A DNA stretch of 64,000 nucleotides from Candidatus Saccharimonadia bacterium (GTDB taxonomy: Bacteria; Patescibacteriota; Saccharimonadia; UBA4664). Each line of letters begins with the position of its first letter. The first letter of the stretch is position 1. Position numbers and translations under genes: made by a program. Shown piece by piece: positions 28,397 to 36,663 of the stretch. The notes beneath the pieces are model-generated. The model saw nothing but the letters and a program-made list of their open reading frames with translations. It was not told the DNA's origin and did no database searches. The stretch spans positions 25,234 through 89,233 of the forward strand of contig JBBRSS010000001.1 of NCBI GenBank assembly GCA_038245115.1, given 5' to 3'.

Positions 28397-31393
28397 TTGA
28401 CACCGATCACGGCCATCTTTCAGATTATTGGCCTGATCTTATTTAAGTTTTACGGCTGGGTCGTTGTGGTAGCCGTACTCGGTTATTTGTTTTATCAAAA
28501 CCAGCGCAAGGTCAAATGGATCGGATCCACCGAGAACATCCTCCTGCTCATCGAAGTCCCCAAAGACAACGAAAAGAAGGAGTTGTCCGCCGAACAAATG
28601 TTTGCCTCGCTCCACGGCATCCTGCGTCCCAAATCCGAACTCCAGCGCGACGGGTCGATCCAGGAACACATCTCGTTCGAAATTGTCTCACGTCTTAATT
28701 CAATCCAGTTTTATGTCTGGACCCCCAAACATCTCAAGGACTTCGTCGAGAGCCAAGTCTACGCCCAATACCCGACCGTCCAGATCAAAGAAGGGCCGTC
28801 TGACTACTCCGCCATCGACATCGCTGGCCGAACCATCTACGGAACCGAACTCGGGCTCACCAAAAATTCGATGATGCCCATCAAAACCTTCGCCTCATTC
28901 GAGGTCGACCCCCTCGCCGGCATCACGGGCGTTTTAGCGAAACTCGAACAAACCGGCGAAGAAGTCTGGATTCAAATTCTAGCCCGGCCCATCGATGATT
29001 CCTGGCAAAACTTGGGCAAATCCTATATCGACGGCATCAAAGGGGGGAGTAAGGGACCTCTGGACATTTTCAGCCTCGATGGGCTACTCCAATTGCCGAT
29101 TTATATTATCACCACCTTCTTCACAGCCCTATTTACCCCGCCCAGCGCAACCGCCGGCAAAACCCCGGATAAAAAAGAGATCAGTACTGGCGACCAAACC
29201 GTCATAAAGGCCGTTGAAGAGAAAATCGTCAAGCTCGGCTATGAAGTCAAAATACGCATCGCCTATTTGGGGCCCGATGAAGCCTCGGGTAGACAACGGC
29301 TCCAAGCTATCGTGGGCGGGTTCAAACAATTCAATACAACCAACCTTAATGGCTTCACCAACGCCAAAATGTACAATTCAGCTGAGTTTATCGGCGACTA
29401 CCAGGCCCGGTTGTTCTTCGACTCCGGCTACATCCTCAATATCGAAGAGCTGGCGTCGCTATACCATCTGCCCCATAAGTCCGTTGAAACCCCCAACATG
29501 GTCTGGACGACGGCCAAAACCAGCGAGCCGCCCTCTAACATCCCCGTCGAAGGAATAGGGGAGCCTGGCGAACTCAGCCTCTTCGGCCTCACCAACTTCC
29601 GCGGCCGCCACCTCAAGTTTGGTATCAACCGCCGCGATCGAGGGCGCCACATGTACATCATTGGCCAGACCGGCGCCGGCAAATCATTCCTCTTGCAGCT
29701 GCTCACTTTGTCCGACATCTATCATGACCAAGGCTTCGCCATTGTCGACCCCCACGGCGACTTCGCCACCGACATCATGAAATACATCCCCGAGCACCGC
29801 CTCAACGATGTCGTCTATCTCAACCCGGCCGACCGTGACTTCCCGATGGCCTTTAACCCCATGGAAATCACCGACCCGGCCATGAAAGACCACATCAGCT
29901 CCGAACTCGTGGGTGTACTCAAGCGCATGTTCGAATCCTGGGGGCCGCGTTTGGAATACATTCTGCGCTATACCATTTTGGCCCTCCTCGACCACCCCGA
30001 TTCGACCATGCTCGACATTACCCGCATGCTCAACGAAAAAGACTTCCGCAAGCAGGTCATCAATAGCATTCAGGACCCGGTTGTTAAAAGCTTCTGGATT
30101 ACAGAATTCGCCTCCTGGAACGAAAAATTTGCTTCCGAGGCTGTCGCGCCTGTGCTCAACAAGGTCGGAGCATTCGTGGCCAACCCGCTGGTGCGTAACA
30201 TCATCGGGCAAAAAAAGAGCGCCTTCAATATTCGCGAAATCATGGACGAAGGCAAAATCCTCCTCGTAAACCTCAGCCGCGGTCAGGTCGGTGAAGATAA
30301 CGCCGCCATCCTAGGCGCCCTAATGGTTACCAAGATTCAGCTGGCCGCTATGAGCCGAGCCGACATGCCGCTCGAACAACGCCGCCCCTTCTATCTCTAC
30401 GTCGACGAATTCCAGAACTTCGCCACCGACTCGTTCGCGGTTATTCTCTCAGAAGCCCGCAAGTACGGCCTCAACCTCACCGTGGCCAACCAGTACGTCT
30501 CCCAAATGCCCGAGGTCGTGCGCGACGCCGTCTTTGGTAACGTTGGTACTATGGTAAGTTTCCGCATTGGACCGGGCGATTCTACCGTGCTCGGCCGCTA
30601 CTTTGAGCCCGTCTTTGAAGCCATTGACCTCACCAAACTCCACAACCAAAATATCTTCATCTCCATGATTATCGACGGCGAAAAAGCCGCCCCATTCTCG
30701 GCCTCAACCCTACGTATGCCCGATCCGGAAAACGATCAAACCGCCCGCATTATTTCGATATCCCGCGAACGCTTTGCCTCTCACCGAGAAGAAGTCGAGG
30801 TTGATATTCGTTCTCGTACAGCCGGTGGCAATGATCAAGGCGCTCGCGCCGTCAATACTTCCGCCGGTGATCAAAAACCGAACAAAGAACTACTTAACGT
30901 CCTCAAGAACCCCGACCGTCCCCGCAACGAGCCCAGGCGCGACGACCGTCGAGCAGGGGAGTCGGGGGGCGGGGGACGCGGCCCTGGGCGCGACGATAAC
31001 CGCCGCCCACACGAATCGCAGGGCGCCAGCGCACCATACAGCGGGGGAGGCGACCGCCGCGAGCGTTCAAACTCGAGCAGGGGAGCGAGCGCACCGTATC
31101 GGCCCAGTGCGGGAGCCAGTGCCCCCTACAAGCCTCGTCCCGAGAACCAGCAGCCGGCACCAGTCCAGCAGGCCCCTGCCAGCACCCCATATCGTCCCGA
31201 GGAGCACCGTGACGCCGCTCCAACCCCAACTCACATGCAAACCCCTCACCACCAAACGCAAACGCAACCGCCCGCCACACCAGCCACTCGCGCCCCGGAG
31301 CCAACTGCACCCACCCCAGCCGCCTCTACCAGCCACCCGTCCACCCAAGCATCCCATGCTGTTGAACCAGGCGAAGCTATCAGCCTGCGCTAA
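28397..31393 (+). CDS. membrane-anchored FtsK/HerA-superfamily P-loop ATPase, VirB4/VirD4 (type IV secretion)-like, with long disordered C-terminal tail
   Basis: There is an N-terminal TM segment. Walker A is IIGQTGAGKS, a DPHGD (DPKGE-like) motif is present, and Walker B is LYVDEFQNF. The C-terminal ~200 aa are low-complexity Pro/Ala/Thr/Arg-rich with three GASAPY repeats. The start is uncertain (see finding on ATT). Confidence 0.55.
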   Translation: MTPITAIFQIIGLILFKFYGWVVVVAVLGYLFYQNQRKVKWIGSTENILLLIEVPKDNEKKELSAEQMFASLHGILRPKSELQRDGSIQEHISFEIVSRLNSIQFYVWTPKHLKDFVESQVYAQYPTVQIKEGPSDYSAIDIAGRTIYGTELGLTKNSMMPIKTFASFEVDPLAGITGVLAKLEQTGEEVWIQILARPIDDSWQNLGKSYIDGIKGGSKGPLDIFSLDGLLQLPIYIITTFFTALFTPPSATAGKTPDKKEISTGDQTVIKAVEEKIVKLGYEVKIRIAYLGPDEASGRQRLQAIVGGFKQFNTTNLNGFTNAKMYNSAEFIGDYQARLFFDSGYILNIEELASLYHLPHKSVETPNMVWTTAKTSEPPSNIPVEGIGEPGELSLFGLTNFRGRHLKFGINRRDRGRHMYIIGQTGAGKSFLLQLLTLSDIYHDQGFAIVDPHGDFATDIMKYIPEHRLNDVVYLNPADRDFPMAFNPMEITDPAMKDHISSELVGVLKRMFESWGPRLEYILRYTILALLDHPDSTMLDITRMLNEKDFRKQVINSIQDPVVKSFWITEFASWNEKFASEAVAPVLNKVGAFVANPLVRNIIGQKKSAFNIREIMDEGKILLVNLSRGQVGEDNAAILGALMVTKIQLAAMSRADMPLEQRRPFYLYVDEFQNFATDSFAVILSEARKYGLNLTVANQYVSQMPEVVRDAVFGNVGTMVSFRIGPGDSTVLGRYFEPVFEAIDLTKLHNQNIFISMIIDGEKAAPFSASTLRMPDPENDQTARIISISRERFASHREEVEVDIRSRTAGGNDQGARAVNTSAGDQKPNKELLNVLKNPDRPRNEPRRDDRRAGESGGGGRGPGRDDNRRPHESQGASAPYSGGGDRRERSNSSRGASAPYRPSAGASAPYKPRPENQQPAPVQQAPASTPYRPEEHRDAAPTPTHMQTPHHQTQTQPPATPATRAPEPTAPTPAASTSHPSTQASHAVEPGEAISLR
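30780..31390 (+). repeat. low-complexity repeat-containing coding tail (GASAPY x3, Arg/Gly-rich, Pro/Thr/Gln-rich)
   Basis: Short direct repeats are visible in the translation of the ATPase 3' end, and there is purine/pyrimidine compositional skew. Confidence 0.6.
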
Positions 31394-32064
31394 GCTGCGC
31401 TGTTATCGTCGAGGATTAACGATTGATAGTTAGCAGGATCTGGATACCTGCTATAATGAGCCAAAATGTTCCTGAATTCGACGAGACCCGTAACTCTTAG
31501 TCGTGGGATAAGTCTCATCTTACCCATATGCATTGCTGCATATTCAATATCATCTTCAGATAGCTCCAAGTTCGCGCATACGAAATAAAGGGGGACTGAT
31601 TTTGGAAAATCCAGGTATTTTGGAATTTTGATATTTACGTTGCTTTGTAGGGTACGAATGGTATTGGGGTAAAAGATATCAATACCGATATTACCTTCCG
31701 GCGTGAACACCATAAAATCAAGCCTACTGCCTTGTCGCCCGTAGCGCTTCTCCGTATGAACATACAGCTCCCCAAACTGATGGATGAGTTCAATCTCAAG
31801 CTCTTGTTCGCTTTTTAGCCCCCGGATTGAGCTCTTGGTTGCACTAGCCGACCTATTTTCGCCACTGCCGAAATCAATATCCTCGTAGCCAAGGTCCTGA
31901 CGAAGCCTTTTTAGCCCACCAAATCCCCGTTGAATCTGTCGCGATGAAGGCAAAAAATTTGTATTGTCAATTTCGTGGGCAGTAGGAAGTCTCCCCTCTT
32001 CTAAAATAAATTTATCAAAGCCAGCCTTAATGTTCGCTAACGTCCAAATTGTTTCGAAAGTCAT
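31390..32064 (-). CDS. orphan hypothetical protein in AT-rich island (possible nuclease-like fold)
   Basis: The 224-aa ORF lies in a region clearly more AT-rich than its flanks. It has no confident motif; RLDFMVF...GIDIF...NIKIPK is weakly reminiscent of PD-(D/E)xK. It is convergent with the ATPase gene and overlaps it by 4 nt. Confidence 0.4.
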   Translation of the reverse strand: MTFETIWTLANIKAGFDKFILEEGRLPTAHEIDNTNFLPSSRQIQRGFGGLKRLRQDLGYEDIDFGSGENRSASATKSSIRGLKSEQELEIELIHQFGELYVHTEKRYGRQGSRLDFMVFTPEGNIGIDIFYPNTIRTLQSNVNIKIPKYLDFPKSVPLYFVCANLELSEDDIEYAAMHMGKMRLIPRLRVTGLVEFRNILAHYSRYPDPANYQSLILDDNSAA

Positions 32065-32375
32065 ATAACTCCTTCTTGTAAGGGGACACTAGGCTATGTA
32101 AATTAGGGCAAGAGCGTATGGGCAATCTGAGCATAAAAAGTATACACGATTTCAAGGGTTAACGAAAGGAAGAAAAGGGTACAAACATACTACTTGAAGC
32201 AAAAGCAGTTAACGTCGCACATTGTAGATTTTGCGGCCTAAATAAGCCAAAGCACTGTTTTAGAACCAAATACACCAAATATCAGGTTTTCAAATAATTT
32301 ATATAATTTTCTTTCTTTACGCTTTACTTGCTACCCCAACAAACTGCAATTCCCGAAAAACCCCTTATTCTTACC

Positions 32376-32403
32376 ACCCCAAACAACTGCCTGACCAGGG
32401 CAG
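32376..32403 (-). terminator. putative intrinsic terminator after ftsQ
   Basis: A short stem ctgcc/ggcag (loop tgaccag) is followed on the minus strand by ttgtttgggg. It is weak. Confidence 0.3.
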
Positions 32404-32433
32404 ACAAAAACCGAACTTACAAATAGGGAACCG

Positions 32434-33237
32434 CTATTTATAATATGCCTTACCGGCAATGCGCAGGTCGATGTATTCCGCCGGAGTGCGCTTCTGAGCC
32501 ACTAGCAGCCGCTGTACGGCCTTCAAGTCCGCTATCTCCTCGCTGGTACTTCTATTGGTATCAAACAGCAACCGATACCCCTTGTTAGTCTGAGCCGACA
32601 GATCAAAGGTTGTATCTTTAATGTCTAATCGTGTCACTCCAATACCGCTTTGCGCCAACTCCGCCACAATCTGACTCGCAAATTCTACGAAGTGGACCGA
32701 AGCTACCCGTTGCCCAACCTGAACCGGCAAATTACTGCCATCATAAACCACCGGGAATATCACTGGCCCCGCTGCCACACCAATGACGGTGCCGTCCTTA
32801 TCGAGGACGTAAGTTTGATTACCGGTACTCCAACCCAAGCTAGCCTGCTTGAGTGTAGAAGTTACAACAATAGTATGAAACCACTTACGCTTCACTGTCA
32901 CTGTTCGTAATGACGGATCGGTTTGTTTTAATTTTGCAATAAAATCATCCGAACTAAAAGTTACCAGATTCCCCCACCACAGATTGCCCGCCACCAATTT
33001 TCTGGATGCGGACTCTATTTCTGCCATGCGCGCCGGGGCGCTTACCGTTACCGTACGTAAGGCAAACAACTGCACTATCCCCCACCCCGCCAATAGTAGT
33101 AATACGAAAATTATCAGCCCTCTTCGCTGCAGGACACTCAGCCGCGGACGCCTTGGTCCCCTCCTTGGTCCCCTGCTCAATGGCTGTACCCGGCCGTACA
33201 CCGGACGGCCAGCCGACCTGACTATCCGCTGACTCAC
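32434..33237 (-). CDS. ftsQ: cell division protein FtsQ/DivIB
   Basis: A basic N-terminus and a single TM segment are followed by a POTRA-like domain. It sits downstream of murG in the dcw cluster. Confidence 0.75.
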   Translation of the reverse strand: MSQRIVRSAGRPVYGRVQPLSRGPRRGPRRPRLSVLQRRGLIIFVLLLLAGWGIVQLFALRTVTVSAPARMAEIESASRKLVAGNLWWGNLVTFSSDDFIAKLKQTDPSLRTVTVKRKWFHTIVVTSTLKQASLGWSTGNQTYVLDKDGTVIGVAAGPVIFPVVYDGSNLPVQVGQRVASVHFVEFASQIVAELAQSGIGVTRLDIKDTTFDLSAQTNKGYRLLFDTNRSTSEEIADLKAVQRLLVAQKRTPAEYIDLRIAGKAYYK

Positions 33238-34406
33238 TCAGTCTCCTCCGTGTTCGGTTTTTGTACAGGTTCACCCAATGCCAAGATAATTTTTCCTAAA
33301 TCTTCGGCTGCATTGGGCCGACCGAACACTTTTATAGCCGCCACCATATCCGCCTGTACAGTCTCATCACCCAGGACATAATCTATCTCGTCCGCAAATG
33401 AATCAGCCGTTAGCTTGGCTCCGTCCAACACCCGTACCGCACCCTGGCGCGACAACACGCGCGCATTCTCAACTTGATGCCCAGCCATCTCGTAATTGGG
33501 TATCAAAATCGTTGGCTTACCTAGTACGGCACTGTCATTAATAGTATTTACCCCTGCCCGACCGATCACCAAATCTGCCGCCGCCAGTGCCAACCCCATG
33601 TCGCCCATCAAGAACCCATACGGATGATAGCGGTCCGCCAACTTATATTTTGGCCGTCGGCTCAACTCAAACATTATTCGCGCAATTTCACCTTCGCCGG
33701 TCTGGTGAATAATCTGATACTTCTTTATCAACCGATCGAGACTTCCCAGAACAACGTTATTGATTTGTGCCGCCCCCTGTGAGCCGCCGGTAATCAAAAT
33801 TACCGGCACCGCCTCGTCTAGCCCAAAATGCGCAATTCCCTCCAGTCGATGTGCAGTCAAAATATCGGCCCGCACCGGGCTGCCAACATATACCAATTTG
33901 GATGGGTCGAACATGCGATAGCTCTTCACCGGAAAGCCCACGGCAATCTTATTTGCCCACCGACTCAGAATTTTATTAGTCAGCCCGGGCGTTGCATCAG
34001 ACTCGTGAATCACAAAAGGAATATTGAGCATTTTAGCCGCAATACCAACCGGTAGACACACATATCCGCCCTTCAAAAACACCACATCAGGCTTAAAGGT
34101 CCGCAGTATCCGCATTGCCTGCCCCACGCCCTGAACGGTTCGTAAGGTATCGCGCGCATTTGGCCCCAAGGTCGACAAATTGAAGATTTTGGCGAAGCCG
34201 GAGTCAAAGTGGTTTCGGCGAAATTTCCCCGCCGAAATTGGCGCGAACGTAAGTCCCGCACCCGCCACAATCTTTGCCTCCATACCGCCGGCCTGCCCTA
34301 TATAGAGCAGTTCGCCAGTACTATCGAGCAACTTTAACGCGTCGCTGGTTGCCAGCGTTGGCAAAATATGCCCCGCTGTTCCCCCGCCGCTCACGACTAC
34401 TCGCAT
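33234..34406 (-). CDS. murG: MurG, UDP-GlcNAc:lipid I GlcNAc transferase
   Basis: MRVVVSGGGTAGHILP is the N-terminus. GT28 family. Confidence 0.9.
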   Translation of the reverse strand: MRVVVSGGGTAGHILPTLATSDALKLLDSTGELLYIGQAGGMEAKIVAGAGLTFAPISAGKFRRNHFDSGFAKIFNLSTLGPNARDTLRTVQGVGQAMRILRTFKPDVVFLKGGYVCLPVGIAAKMLNIPFVIHESDATPGLTNKILSRWANKIAVGFPVKSYRMFDPSKLVYVGSPVRADILTAHRLEGIAHFGLDEAVPVILITGGSQGAAQINNVVLGSLDRLIKKYQIIHQTGEGEIARIMFELSRRPKYKLADRYHPYGFLMGDMGLALAAADLVIGRAGVNTINDSAVLGKPTILIPNYEMAGHQVENARVLSRQGAVRVLDGAKLTADSFADEIDYVLGDETVQADMVAAIKVFGRPNAAEDLGKIILALGEPVQKPNTEETE

Positions 34407-35553
34407 CGCTGACCTCTCTTACCGTGTACTTCGATATGTTAAGCAAAATTCCGACTCCGAATAGCGATACTAGCAGACTGGTGCCTCCGTATGATATAAA
34501 CGGCAGCGGAATGCCCGTGAGTGGAACTAGCGACAGCATTGCTCCAATATTAATCATAGCCTGAAACAGCAGCCATAGGGATATCCCGGTAGCCACCAGT
34601 CGCGAAAACATATCCGGTGCGGCTTTTGCCACCTTCAATCCGCGATATACCAGTATTCCAAATAATCCGATAATTGCCAGCGACCCAACGATACCGAACT
34701 CCTCGGCAATAATCGCGTAAATTGAATCATTAGCGGCCTCGGGCAAGTACCCGTACACCTGGATACTATGCCCCAAACCCAACCCCAGTATTCCTCCCGA
34801 CCCAACGCCCAACAGTGCCTGGCACACATGCAGCGACGCATCCAGCGCATACTTAGGATCATTACACCTAGGGTCAAAAAACGTCGTTAGCCTGCTCAAA
34901 CGATGTGGAAATAGCGCAATCGCCGCCCATCCTGCCATGGCGCTTCCGGCGAACAATAAGCCCAAGTGGCTCAGCTTCATCCCGGCAGCATAGAACATCC
35001 CCATCGTGGCCAGGGCCAGCACCATCATCGTGCCCATATCTCGCTGCAGCACCACAATCACGAAACACGCCGTACCTACCATTATCGCAAACGGCACAAA
35101 ACCATCCCAAAACGACCGGACATCACTCTGACGTTTCTCGAACCACAACGCCAAATACAAAATAAGCGTAATCTTGAGTATCTCAGCGGGCTGGACTGAT
35201 ATTGGGCCTACTTGAATCCAGCGAGTTGCCCCATGGGAGCTCTGCGCCAGTCCGGGTATCAATAAAGCCACCAGGCAAAGCACTGCTACTATCAACAACC
35301 GAGGCGCCCATTTACGCCAAGCTGTATACGGTATAGCAGTCGCAACCACCCATCCCACCACACCGAGCGCCACATACAATATTTGATTCATAAAATAATA
35401 GTTACGATCCGCACTTCCGGTCAATTTGTGGCTCAGGATAGGGCTGATTGAATACATCATTACTAGCCCCACAGCCAACAATATTGTCACGGCCAGCGCA
35501 ATCATATAATCAATGCGATGAGCGCGAACCGGACTCTCTCCAGCGTTTTTCAT
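34321..35553 (-). CDS. ftsW: SEDS-family peptidoglycan polymerase FtsW
   Basis: Ten-TM SEDS protein. It lies in the dcw cluster between mraY and murG. Confidence 0.85.
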   Translation of the reverse strand: MKNAGESPVRAHRIDYMIALAVTILLAVGLVMMYSISPILSHKLTGSADRNYYFMNQILYVALGVVGWVVATAIPYTAWRKWAPRLLIVAVLCLVALLIPGLAQSSHGATRWIQVGPISVQPAEILKITLILYLALWFEKRQSDVRSFWDGFVPFAIMVGTACFVIVVLQRDMGTMMVLALATMGMFYAAGMKLSHLGLLFAGSAMAGWAAIALFPHRLSRLTTFFDPRCNDPKYALDASLHVCQALLGVGSGGILGLGLGHSIQVYGYLPEAANDSIYAIIAEEFGIVGSLAIIGLFGILVYRGLKVAKAAPDMFSRLVATGISLWLLFQAMINIGAMLSLVPLTGIPLPFISYGGTSLLVSLFGVGILLNISKYTVREVSDASSRERRGNSGAYFANAGNQRRVKVAR

Positions 35554-36605
35554 CAGAGCTTGTTACCTAATAGGGCCAAAACCAATCCCAAGGCTCCCAC
35601 TACCTGGCCGATCACCCACAACCGCATCGTCACTTTGGTCTCCGGCCAACCGATGGCCTCGAGGTGATGGTGCAATGGCGCCGACAAAAATATTTTGCGG
35701 TGCCAAAATTTCTTCGAAATAATCTGCACCACGCTCGATCCGGCCTCCACCACAAACACCGCCGCAATAATCGGCAAAACAAAGACAGTATTCGTCAACA
35801 TTGCTATCACCCCAAGCGTCGTGCCAAAGGCGAATGAGCCACTATCACCCATGAAAAACCGCGCCGGATAGATCGAGAACCAAGTATAAGTCAGCATGGC
35901 GCCCACAATGGTGGCGCAGAACCCGGCAATACCAAAGTTTCCCTGGAAGTAGCCAATTACTGCGTAGACCGCAAAGGCCGTCGAAAGCAGTCCCCCACTC
36001 AACCCATCGAGGCCGTCGGTAATGTTTACCGCGTTAGCCGTACTCACTACCACCGCAATAAACAACGGCACAATCAACCACCCAATACTAAAATCACCCA
36101 CTGCCGGCACGTGAATCAAGCTGTAGCCCAATTTGAGCGAGAAATACATCCCCCCCACTACTGCAATACCAAAGATGAGCGCAAATTTAATCTTCCCGCG
36201 CATTCCGGCGATGCCCAGTCCGTCGCTGCGAATATTCAGATAATCATCGAATAAGCCCACCAGCCCTGCCGCAATCAAAGAAAATAATGGCAGATAAGTC
36301 TGACTGCGCGACAGGTTAAATAGCAATGTCACCGTTGCCACGGCAATTATCAGCACTGCACCGCCCATCGTGGGAATATTGCGCTTATGCTTGGCCGCGT
36401 GCAATTTGGTATATATTGCGGCCTTTTCGCCCGTAATTGCATCCTCGCGCGGCTGCTTCCACAGCCTGTACTTAAAGCCCAACCGCGTATAAACCGGAAC
36501 CAACAGCATCGATACTATAAAGGCCCCAAAGGCCAACGAGCCAATCCGAGACAGGGAAGTAATTTCCTGCGCGTGTATAAAGTTAATTGTTGGTATAAAT
36601 GCCAT
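35553..36605 (-). CDS. mraY: phospho-N-acetylmuramoyl-pentapeptide transferase
   Basis: Polytopic membrane protein with MraY conserved Asp-containing segments. Confidence 0.9.
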   Translation of the reverse strand: MAFIPTINFIHAQEITSLSRIGSLAFGAFIVSMLLVPVYTRLGFKYRLWKQPREDAITGEKAAIYTKLHAAKHKRNIPTMGGAVLIIAVATVTLLFNLSRSQTYLPLFSLIAAGLVGLFDDYLNIRSDGLGIAGMRGKIKFALIFGIAVVGGMYFSLKLGYSLIHVPAVGDFSIGWLIVPLFIAVVVSTANAVNITDGLDGLSGGLLSTAFAVYAVIGYFQGNFGIAGFCATIVGAMLTYTWFSIYPARFFMGDSGSFAFGTTLGVIAMLTNTVFVLPIIAAVFVVEAGSSVVQIISKKFWHRKIFLSAPLHHHLEAIGWPETKVTMRLWVIGQVVGALGLVLALLGNKL

Positions 36606-36663
36606 AATTTTGCTTATTTAAGTTTAACATATCTGGTAATTTTAACCGTTTACTAAAAAAATC

